Assembly (NCBI GenBank): GCA_024679065.1
Contig: JAGIQG010000024.1
Location: 2,976,001-3,040,000 of the forward strand
DNA from: Sphyrna mokarran
Taxonomy: Eukaryota
DNA length: 64,000 nucleotides
Reading direction: 5' to 3'
Below are positions 24,957 through 35,627 of this stretch, piece by piece. The position numbers were made by a program, and so were the translations under genes. Under the pieces are notes generated by a model that was not told the origin of the DNA, ran no database searches, and saw nothing but the letters and a program-made list of their open reading frames with translations. The stretch's first letter is position 1. Each line of letters opens with the position of its first letter.

Positions 24957-27485
24957 GCACGTGGGACTCTTTCAAGGCAATACTGAAAATATTGCAAGAA
25001 AGATATGTGCCGGCTAAGATGAAAGATGGGAAAGGTAGGATTAGAGAGCTGTGGATTACTAGGATATTGAGGACTTGGTTAGGAAGAAAAGAGAAGCATA
25101 TGATAGGTCAAAGCAGCTGGGAATGGAGACAGCGTTAGAGGAATATAGACAGAGTAGGAGGGAGCTCAAACGGGGAGTTAGAAAGGCAAAAGGGGGCATG
25201 AAATGATTTGGCGAATAGGATTAAGGAAAATCCAAAGGCTTTTTACTCCTATGTTAGGAATAAAGAGTGGTTCGAGGAAAAATTGGACCTCTTAGGGACA
25301 GAAGAGGGGAACTGTGCTTAGAGCCTGAGGGAATGGGGGAGATCCTGAATGAATACTTTGCGTCGGTATTCACGAAGGAGAGGGGCTTGTTGACAGCTCC
25401 TGTCTCTGAGGGAGCTGTAGACCAGTTGACAGAAATATCCATACTGAGGGAGGAAGTGTTAGAGCTTCTAGATAGCATTAAAACTGATAAATCTCCGGGG
25501 CCTGATGGCATTTATCCCAGACTGCTTAGAGAGGTGCAAGGTGAAATTGCTGGGCCTCTGACGCAAATCTTTGTCTTTTTGGATACAGGTGAGGTCCCAG
25601 AGGACTGGAGAATAGCTAATGTTGTACCGTTGTTTAAAAAGGGTGGTAGGGATAACCCTGGAAATTATAGACCGGTGAGTTTGACGTCAGTGGTAGGGAA
25701 GCTGTTGGAGGGGATTCTTAGAGATAGGATGCATAGGCACTTAGAGCGTTGCGATCTGATTAGGGATACACAGCATGGATTTGTTAAGGGGAGGTCGTGC
25801 CTTACAAATCTGGTAGAATTTTTTAAGGAGGTGACAAAAACAGTGGACGAAGGGCGAGCCATTGATGTCGTCTATATGGATTTCAGTAAGGCATTTGGCA
25901 AAGTTCCTGATGGGAATCATGAGGTTAGTGGAGAAGGTCAAGGCTCATGGGATACAAGGACAGGTAGCTAGGTGGATAAGTAACTGGCTTGGTAAAGGGA
26001 GACAGAGAGTAATAATGGAAGGGTGTTTTTCTAGTCGGAGGTCAGTCACTAGTGGTGTGCCGCAGGTCTTGGTACTGGGACCTCTTCTATTTGTAATATA
26101 TATAAATGACTTGGAAGAGGGAGTAAGTGGAGTGATCAGCAAGTTTGCAGATGATACAAAGATGGCTGGACTTGCGGATAGTGAGGAGCATTGTCAGGCG
26201 ATGCAGCAGGACATAGATAGGCTGGTAGCTTGGGCAGACAGATGGCAGATGGAATTCAATCCTGATAAATGTGAGGTGATGCATTTTGGGAGAAGAATGT
26301 AGCAGGGAGCTATATGATAAAGGGTAGGCGTATTAATAGTATAGAAATGCAGACGGACTTGGGGGTGCAGGTGAACAAGTCCCTGAAGGTGGCAGAGCAG
26401 GTGGAGAAGGTTGTGAAGAAAGCATATGGTATGCTAGCCTTTATAGGAAGAGGTATAGAGTACAAGAGCTGGCCTTTAATGTTGCAGTTGTATAAAACGT
26501 TGGTTAGACCTCATTTGGAATACTGCATCCAGTTCTGGTCGCCTTACTACTGGAAGGACGTGGAGACTCTGGAGAGAGTGCAGAGGAGGTTTACCAGGAT
26601 GCTGCCTGGTATGGAAGGTCTGAGTTACGAGGAGAAGTTAGGCAAATGGGGCTGTTTTCCTAGAAAGACGTAGACTTAGAGGAGATCTAATAGAGGTGTA
26701 CAAGATTATGAGGGGTATAGATAAACAGGGTTAAGCTTTTTCCTAGGATGGCTCGAATAGCACGAGGGGTCACAGGCTTAGGGTGAGGGGGGTAAGGTAT
26801 AATTTGGATGCTGGAGGGGGTTTTTTCACACAGAGGATGGTGGGGGTATGGAATGCACTGCCAAGTAAAGTAGCAGAGGCAGGCACTCTGGAGTTATTTA
26901 AGAAATACTTAGATGGGCACATGAACAGAATGGGAATGGAGAGGTATAGAAAACTGATTTAAAATAGGGATCATGAGCCTTGGGAGTCCCTGGAAGTGTG
27001 TAAATAGATGATGATATTGATGTACTTGTTTTTATCCTACAGGTGCTTTGGTCCACCTTGTTGTCTAACAAGGGGCATACACACGATGGGTTGTGAGGGC
27101 TGCTCTTGGATTTTTTCGAGAGTATCCTAGTGCTTCACGTCGTTAGTGTACGCTTGACCTGGACCATTTGATGGGCAACACGACAGCTCAGTATCGCTGT
27201 GCTGTACAGATACATGGATTTGGGGCCAGTGTCTGTGGGAGTTTGCGCATTCTCCCCGTGCTTGCGTGGGTTTTCTCTGGGTGCTCCGGTTTCCTCCCAC
27301 ATCCCAAAGATGTGCTCTTAGGCTAATTGACAAAACAAATTCTCCCTAAATTGTCTTAAATTTAGTTTTTTAATCTATAGATCTGTAAACATGGACAGGG
27401 ATCACGGGTAGAGGTGGGAACATCGGGGTGGTGGCGCAGGCTCATTGGGCCGAAGGGCCTGTTTCCTGTGCTGTTTTGTTCTTTA
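24957..27485 (+). mobile_element. 5'-truncated CR1 with SINE-containing 3'UTR, inserted into a Penelope pLTR remnant (about 24885-24955 and 27500-27625)
   Basis: ORFs 25267-25971, 25862-26302 (KFADD), 26314-26673; tail gggccgaagggcctgtttcc...(ttgttct). Confidence 0.95.
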
Positions 27486-27771
27486 TTCAAAGCATGAAGT
27501 GATTTCACCAGGCCAGCCGGGTATTTCCAATTATTCACATCCTGACTGATTTAATTTCTGGCATTTTCCAGAATTTTGTTTTTGTTTCAGATTTCAGCAC
27601 TCACAGTAATTTATTGTATTTTAGTTTCATATTCCCCATTTGCACAATATCTTCCTGGTTTTTGGCTCCGGTTAAATCACAGACAGAGATATCAGTGAAT
27701 TCCACTGTCTGGGCGCCCTGTTTGCTCTCAGATTAAAAACGCCCAGGAAGCTCAGTCAGTGACTCAGAGAA

Positions 27772-28212
27772 GGCCGGCTCTGGGGTTCCGGGCCCGGGTG
27801 CGGGGCTGCTGCCGGCTCTGGGGTTCCGGGCCCGGGGGCGGGGCTGCTGCCGGCTCTGGGGTTCCGGGCCCGGGGGGGCTGCTGCCGGCTCTGGGGTTCC
27901 GGGCCCGGGGGCGGGGCTGCTGCCGGCTCTGGGGTTCCGGGCCCGGGGCTGCTGCCGGCTCTGGGGTTCCGGGCCCGGGTGCGGGGCTGCTGCCGGCTCT
28001 GGGGTTCCGGGCCCGGGGCTGCTGCCGGCTCTGGGGTTCCGGGCCCGGGTGCGGGGCTGCTGCCGGCTCTGGGGTTCCGGGCCCGGGTGCGGGGCTGCTG
28101 CCGGCTCTGGGGTTCCGGGCCCGGGTGCGGGGCTGCTGCCGGCTCTGGGGTTCCGGGCCCGGGTGCGGGGCTGCTGCCGGCTCTGGGGTTCCGGGCCCGG
28201 GTGCGGGGCTGC
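27772..28212 (+). repeat. GC-rich 38-bp minisatellite, about 12 units (GCCGGCTCTGGGGTTCCGGGCCCGGGTGCGGGGCTGCT)
   Basis: Direct tandem units, some with internal deletions. Confidence 0.95.
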
Positions 28213-28214
28213 GC

Positions 28215-28410
28215 CTACGCAGTTGTGGTAATGACGGGAACGAGCTTGCCTATGCCGGCAATGACGGGAATCAGCCTGCGCAGTACCGGTAATGACGGGA
28301 ATGAGCCTGCGCAGTGCCGGCAATGACGGGAACGAACCTGTGCGGTGCCGGCAATGACGGGAACGAGCCTGCGCACTGCCAATTGGCTCTCAGAGTTTTA
28401 GGCGGGGAAT
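28215..28410. promoter_or_regulatory. About 31-bp tandem repeat (about 5 units; GCAGTGCCGGCAATGACGGGAACGAGCCTGC) plus CCAATTGG and GC box; promoter-like
   Basis: Each unit has a TGACG CRE half-site and several have an NRF1-like GCCTGCGCA; CpG retained. Confidence 0.55.
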
Positions 28411-28587
28411 TGTTTTGATGATATTTGTCTAAGTTGCTATGGATGAGACTAAAATATGTCTCTGTCAATAAAATGGACGTGTATTTTTGTCATCTTTTTG
28501 TCATATGTTCTATGTTCTATCTTGCTCAATAGAATAAAATGGTGGTTTGAAAGCTTTGTTTTCCAGACAGATGAATATTTGGCTATT

Positions 28588-29370
28588 TTTGATTTGATTT
28601 ATTATTGTCACATGTATTAATATACAGTGAAAATTATTGTTTCTTGCGTTCCATACAGACAAAGCATACCATTCATAGAGAAAGAACGGAGATAGTGTAG
28701 AATATCGTGTTACAGTCAGAGTGTAGAGAAAGATCAACTTAATGTGAGGTAGGTCCATTCAAAACTTTGATGGCAGCAGCGAAGAAGCTGTGACCTCAGA
28801 CTTTTGTATCTTTTTCCCAACGGAAGAAGATGGAGGAGAGAATGTCCGAGGTGCATGGGGTCCTTAATTATGCTGACTGCTTTGCTAAGGTAGCGGGAAG
28901 TGTAGACAGAGTCAATGGATGGAAGCCTGGTTTGTGTGATAGACTGGGTTTATTTCATGACCCTTTGTAGTTTCTTGCAGTCTTAAGCAGGCAAGGAGCC
29001 ACATCAAGCTGTGATGCAACCAGAAAAAATGGTTTCTATGCCGCATCTGTAAAAGTTAGTGAGAGTCGTAGCTGACATACCAAATTTCCTTGATCTTCTG
29101 AGAAAGTAGAGCATTGGTGGGCTTTCTGAACTGTAGTGTTGGCGTCGGGTGGAGGGGGAGGGGGAACTAGGACAGGTTGTTGGTGATCTAAAAACTTGAA
29201 GCTCTCGACCATTTCTACTTCACCCCCATGACAGGGACATGTCCTCCACCACACTTGTTGAAGTCGATAACTATCTCATCCATTTTGTTGACTTTGAGGA
29301 AGAAATTATTGTCATTGCACCTGTTCAGCAGATTCTCTATCTCTTTCTTGTACTTGTCATTGTTTGAGTC
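28588..29370 (-). mobile_element. Rex1/Babar-type LINE 3' fragment
   Basis: YKKEIENLLNRCNDNNFFLKVNKMDEIVIDF, VEMVESFKFL; (atcaa)n tail. Confidence 0.85.
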
Positions 29371-29714
29371 AGATTGTGATTTAAATACTGTTCCTGTACT
29401 TAGGAAGACTCTCTTTACTGTCTCCAGGATATAACGGAAAAGTTTTTTCTCTCTTTCTTTACCATCTTTGCTTTCCATAGGGTGTATCACCCTTTAGCTC
29501 TTCCAAAATTTTGCTGTTCTTATCCACAGAGCTGCTAACTCTCACCCTGAGTCACTGGTCCATCTTAGTTTCTGGTCATCACAGCACCTTCAATTTAAAA
29601 TTTTCATTCTGGTTTAAGTTCACCTACATCTCTTAAAATTTTTCATAAAATCCACGTCTATGATCAAACTTTTACCAACCCCTCCTAATATCTCTCTTCA
29701 GATATCAGATATAC

Positions 29715-30050
29715 GTCAGTGGTAGAAGGTTGTTGTTCACGACCCACTCCAGAGACTGACAGTCCCATTGCAGTATTTAGGCAGTGCTGAACAGAGGGAA
29801 GGTCCACCACTCTCCGACTCTGTTTCTCATGTGAGTGTAAAGGATGAAAGGGCACTATTTGTGATCAACAGCTGGGAGGTTATCCCCCGTGTCCCAACTG
29901 TTATTGTTATCCAATCATTAAAAAAACAAATTAGCTGAAAATTATCCATTTGGGAGCTAGCTGTGCACACATTGCCTGCTGGTTTCCTATATTACAACAA
30001 TGGCCTCACTTGAAACATCCTTCCTTCGGTGTAAATTGTTTGGAGAGGTA
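29715..30050 (+). mobile_element. Old Deu-domain (SacSINE1/AmnSINE-like) SINE remnant
   Basis: gggagctagctgtgcacacattgcctgctggtttcctatattacaaca resembles the Deu-SINE 3' region; recognised by eye. Confidence 0.5.
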
Positions 30051-30461
30051 CAGGTGCTGTTTGCAGCTGATTTCTGCCAATTCAAGGTGCTTTGGAATGT
30101 GTTGCATTTGCCTTTGTTTCTGATTTAAGCTATTACTACACATGGAAACATAGAAAATATGAGTTGAAGGAGGAGCTTCAGCCTTTCAAGCCTGACGCTC
30201 CATTCATTATGATGACGGCTGATCATCCAACTCATTAGCCTGATCCCACCTTCCCCCGTTCCCCCCCAACATATCCTTTGATCACCTTCGCCTCAAGTAT
30301 AGAAACTTAAAAAATATCAAGTATAGAAGTTATCCAATGTTTTAAAAAAATCATAAATTAAATTCTTAAAACTGGTGACAGTATTTTAATCTATGAACAA
30401 AGAAAATCACATTAACAGTGAAACTACTGTCTTGATATCTGAGTTATTTCCTTTTTCACAG

Positions 30462-30636
30462 AAGTGAAAACTTCAGAAGTACGTATAGGGAATCGATGGT
30501 CACTTGCAGTCTCTCTTCTTGTCTCTGAATTTCTAATGATTTTAATTCTGGTCAGAGCTATGTACAAGAGACATCTTCAATTGAAAATTAAAGATAAACA
30601 CAATATTGCAAGTCTTGATGGATCACTCAAGAAAAT
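30462..30636 (+). CDS. Orphan B7-like transmembrane/cytoplasmic exon, paralog of 40459-40302: (E)VKTSEVRIGNRWSLAVSLLVSEFLMILILVRAMYKRHLQLKIKDKHNIASLDGSLKK
   Basis: Acceptor tttcctttttcacag, donor AT|gtaagt, open phase 1-2 frame, clear nucleotide and protein similarity to the minus-strand gene's TM exon. Confidence 0.75.
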
Positions 30637-30771
30637 GTAAGTAATCAGAAGCTACCACCTCCAGTAACCTTGAGGGCAGATGGAGTTTTTGTTTTTCACA
30701 GCCTTGTCCAAATTCAGATGATATTTTAACCTTTTCAAACTATTGAAAACTATAGTTAACTATTGAAAACT

Positions 30772-31646
30772 ATAGATAGTGAAGAGGGGTGTTATAGTTT
30801 GCAGGGAGACTTGGACATGTTGCAGAGCTGGGCTGAGAGGTGGCAAATGGAGTTAAATGTGGAAAAGTGTGAGGTCATGCACTTTGGCAGGAATAATAAA
30901 TGTGTAGAGTATAGGGCTAATGGTAGGATTCTTAATAGTGTTGATGAACAGAGGGCTCTTGGTGTATTTGTGCATAGATCCCTGAAAGTAGGCAGTCAAG
31001 TCGATAAGGTTGTTAAGAAGGCATACGGAGTCTTAGCTTTTATGGGTAGGGGGATTGAATTTCGGAGCCGCAACGTCATGTTGCAACTGTACAAAACTCT
31101 ATTGCGGCTGCACTTGGAGTATTGTGTGCAGTTCTGGTCCCCACATTATAAGAAAGATGTGGAGGCATGGAGAGGGTACAGAGGAGGTTTACCAGGATGT
31201 TGCCTGGTATGGAGGGCAGGTCTTATGAAGAGAGGCTGAGGGATTGAGGTTGTTTTCGTTAGAAAGGAGGCGGCTAAGAGGAGACCTTATTGAAACATAT
31301 AAGATGATTAGAGGTTTAGATAGGGTGGACAGTGATAGCTTTTTTCCTAGGATGGAGAAAGCTAGCACGAGGGGACACAGCTTTAAATTAAGGGGTGATA
31401 GTTATAGGATGGATATCAGAGGTATGTTCTTTACCCAGAGGGTGGTTAGGGAGTGGAATGCCCTGCCTGTGGCAGTTGTAGATGCGCCAAGTTTGGTGGT
31501 TTTTAAGAGGTTAGTTGATAAGTTTATGGAAGAGAAGGGAATGGTTTAGTTTGGAGGGTCATTGCTTTTTTCATAATTGGTCGGCGCAACATTGAAGGCC
31601 GAAGGGCCTGTTCTGCGCTGTAATGTTCTATGTTCTATGTTCTATC
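30772..31646 (+). mobile_element. 5'-truncated CR1 (same subfamily as 46693-50987)
   Basis: ORFs 30763-31239 and 31244-31549 end in ...DKFMEEKGMV; (tatgttc)n tail. Confidence 0.95.
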
Positions 31647-31829
31647 TGATCAATATTTTTTGTATTTATAATCTGTAGCCAATGTGTCCCTGGTGTGACC
31701 CTGCTAAAGCTCATTTGGAAACAGATCTACCCAGTTCTAAGTAGTCTTGTCATCTGCACTTTGGCCAGTTTGATTAATATGATTTTGGCAATCTTTTTAT
31801 TGCAGCATGAATCAAGACTCAAACTCTAT

Positions 31830-33120
31830 CTTAAGAACATAAGAACAAGGAGCAGCAGTAGGCTATCTGAGCTCTCGAGTCTGCTCCACCATTCAATAAG
31901 ATCATGGCTGATCTTTTCATGGACTCAGCTCGACTACCCACCCACTCACCATAATCCTTACTTCCTTTACTGTTCAAAAATTTATCTTTCCTTGCCTTAA
32001 AAACATTCGAAGAGGTAGCCTCAACTGCCTCACTGGGCAGGGAATTCCAGAGATTCACAACCCTTTGGGAGAAGAGGTTCCTCCTCAAGTCAGTCCTAAA
32101 TCTGCTCCCCCTTATTTAGAGCCATGCCCCCTAATTCTAGTTTCACCTGCCAGTGGTAACAACCTCCAAGCTTCTATCTTATCTAATCCCTTCATCATTT
32201 TATATATTTCTATAAGATCTCCCCTCATTCTTCCAATTCCAATGAGTATAGCCCCAGTTTATCAGTCTCTCCTCATAAGCCCAACCCTTATAACTCCGGA
32301 ATCAACCTAGTAAATCTCCTGTGCACACTTCCCAGTGCCAGTTTATCCTTCCTCAAGTAAGGTAACCAAAACTGTACACAGACCTCCAATGGCCCCACCA
32401 TCACCTACTAATCCCTCTAACCTCTCCTGGGACATTAAGGGGCAATTTAGCACGGCCAATTAATCTAACCCGCACATTTTTGGACTGAGAAAGGAAACCA
32501 GAGCATCCGGAGAAAACCCACACAGACACGAGGAGGATGTGCAAACTCCACACAGAGAGTGACCCAAGTCGGGAATGGAACCCAGGTCCTTGGAGCTGTG
32601 AAGTAGCAGTGCTAACTACTGTGTTACCATGCCTCCCAAACTGTATACAACTGCAAATAACCTCACTGTTTTTAAACTCCATCCCTCTAGCAATGAAAGA
32701 CAAAATTCCATTTGAAATTTTAATTACCTGCTGCACCTGCAAACCAATATTTTGCGATTCATGCACAGGGACTCCCAGGTCCCTCTGCACAACAGCATGC
32801 TGCAATTTTTTAACCATTTAAATAGTCCATTTTGCTGTTATTTGTACCAAAATGGTTGACCTCATATTCATCAACATTGTACTCCATCTGCCAGACTCTC
32901 GCCCATTCACTTAAAACTATCTATTTCCTTTGCAGTCTTCCAATCTCCTCTGCACACTTTGCTCTACCACTCATCTTAGAGTATTCTGCAAATTTTGAAA
33001 CACTGCACTTGTTCTCAACTCCAAATTATCGATGTTAGTTGTAAATAGTTGTGGTCCTAACGCTGATCCCTGAGGCACACCATTAATCACTGATCGCCAA
33101 TCAGAAAAACACCCACAACC
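31830..33120 (-). mobile_element. CR1 3' fragment with a nested HE1 SINE (about 32392-32635, -)
   Basis: ORFs 31831-32088, 32401-32817 (CR1 reading into SINE) and 32971-33186 GVPQGSALGP. Confidence 0.85.
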
Positions 33121-33874
33121 CACGTGGATAGAGAATTCCAAACTTGAGTAAAGGGATTTTTTCTCACTACACTCCCAAATGACCAATTCTTACTCTGAAA
33201 CTCTTGCCACTTCAGCATCTCAACATCGACTGTGTCAATCTTCTAACAATTTTTTATGTCTCCATAAGATCACCTTGTTCATTCTGCTCAATCCTTCCTG
33301 AGAAGATAATTGTCTTATCCCAGGAATCAATCTCATTGATAATACACTGTTTGAACCTTAAACCAGCAAGGCTTAAATGGGCCTGGATAAAACTACAATA
33401 CTACCTTCAGAATGAGCATGTCCCTGAAATTTCTTCCCCAAGTCTTGTCCATATCGACCCTAGTGAGAGGACACTTGATAACTGTGTGCGTCTCAAGAAC
33501 ATTCACAACCAGTGGGCAGCTCAGGCTTCAGAGCATCGAACCAACATTGGCAACTCTTGAGTTTATGGATTTATTTCATCTGATTTTATGTGTAAATTAT
33601 ATTAGTGATGCCAATTTTAAGGGAAGATATTTTGGAGCAGATGTCCACCTGAGGAGTCTGATATAACTCAAACCAAAATATGCAGATCTGTCAGTCCCTG
33701 ATGTTGCTCAATTAAGTGTTGAACTGTGCTAAGTTTCAGGAGTAGCCCAAACTTTGCACATCAATCTCTCCAAATGCTTACAATGCCATCCCATAAAAAC
33801 ATTCAATTGTTCAAAGATTCCAATGCCAACTGTCTAATGCCAACTACATTAAAGAAGACAAGTTCAAAATAAAT

Positions 33875-34915
33875 TAGAATATGAAATAGGAGCTGGAGAA
33901 GACCACATGGATTGTAGACCCAGCCCTGCCATTCAATATGACCTTGGGCTTCAACTTTCACAGCCATTCCCCACATTCACTGATTCCCTGAGAGACCAAA
34001 AATCTACGCCATCTTTAAAATATATTTAATGCTGAGTATTCACAATCCTCTACGATCCTGCACTCCAAGGATTCATAACCCCAAATAAAGAAATTACTCC
34101 CCATCTCTGTCCTACATGATTCATCTCTGGCTCATGCAGTTATTCTCGATCCCTCAGCCAGTGGAAACAACCTCTCAAAGTCAACCCTGTCAGTATCCTT
34201 CAGAATAGGAGTAGGAGTACAGCATTTGGCCCTAATGAGTGTGCTCTTCTATTCAATTAGGTGATCATTAACATCTACCTCAATCCCACTTTCCCACACT
34301 ACCCCCATATTCCTTTCTCTCATAAGTATTCAGAAATCCATTGATTTCCTGTCTTAAAAATGATCATGGAATTTCCTCTAGCATGTTTCAATGAAATAAT
34401 TGCTCATTTTTATGAGCTTGAGAAGGTACATCCAATTTACTCAACCTCTCATCATAAAAGAACTTTCTCTTCCCAGACACCAATTTAGTGAATATTTACT
34501 GCACTGCTTCCAATACAAGTATACCCTCTCTTAAACAAGCTGCAAACAGTATTTCAAATGTGATCTCACTAAAATCCCATATAATTTTAACAAGATTTCT
34601 TTAATCTATCTTCCAATCCCCTTGAAATAAAGGTCAACTTGGCATTTGCCTTCTTGTTGTACCTGCATGCTATCTTTCTACGTGCTTTATACAAGCACAC
34701 CCAAGTCCCTTGAAATGTCAACACTTAGAAGTTTTGAGCCTTTTAAAAAAACATTCTGCTTTTCTTAGGACCAAAATGAATAACCTTACACTTCCCCACA
34801 TTAAACTCCATCTGCCATCTTGTTATCCATTCACTTAACCTGTCTATATCCGTTCACAGCCTCTGTGTCCTCCCAGTTTACATTTTTACCTCATTTTGTA
34901 TCATCAATAAACATG
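33875..34915 (-). mobile_element. Highly degenerate CR1 fragments
   Basis: Decayed 3' tails and ORF2 C-terminal sequence. Confidence 0.6.
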
Positions 34916-34982
34916 AATATATTAGCGCATTTTGTGTTGTTCCATGAGACAAATTTAACTGCTAACTTTGTTCTATTCTAAG

Positions 34983-35010
34983 ATTGACATTCCAGGAACT
35001 GAAGTTTTAA
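34983..35010 (+). CDS. Candidate terminal exon of the + strand B7-like paralog: (I)LTFQELKF*
   Basis: Branch-like ctaac plus pyrimidine tract plus AG (34981-34982); phase-compatible with the donor at 30637; AATAAA at about 35337. Confidence 0.35.
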
Positions 35011-35627
35011 ATGGACAGTGAGAATGAATGGGAAATTTTTAAAAATGTGACTTTTGTTTTTGGGACAGGTACCTCTCAAGCTCAATAGAACATCTCAAGG
35101 CTCGGGAGGTGCTTAACTTTGCAACGGTCAGTTACTGTTTCAGCAGTCGATCAAAAAGAAAACCTGGATCCTGCAACCTGATAATCCACTGGGCATGCAA
35201 AGTATTCCAAGCCAGAGAAGATATGCCACACATAATAGGAATCACCATACACTCAATTTTCATTTTCTTTTATTATAAACTTTATAACCACAGAAATTTT
35301 ATCCTTCAGTTTCGTCAAATGGCTTCAGAACATAAAAATAAAATCAAGTCAGGACTATCGTCTTCTGAACTTTGTAGTGAAATGTTGCTTCTTAACTAAG
35401 TTATCAATAATTATTTTCTATAAAATTTAGTTTTAATGGTTGAGTAGCCAGAGCAGACCATTGATTTCTGATTATGACCAGTTCCTGCCTTCTCCCCTCA
35501 CTATAGTCTCTCTTTTCCAAGTCTGCAACTTGGCAGCTGAGGATACCTTTTGCAAGAATAGGCACCTCTTTCTAGTGATTTATTTTGAGCCATGTTATTC
35601 TCTATTGTCTGTGTTCAGTTTATTAAT

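Noticed and set aside
27733-28326. Long Pro/Gly/Arg-rich ORFs on both strands
   Set aside because: By-product of a stop-free GC-rich tandem repeat with a 38-bp unit (not a multiple of 3)
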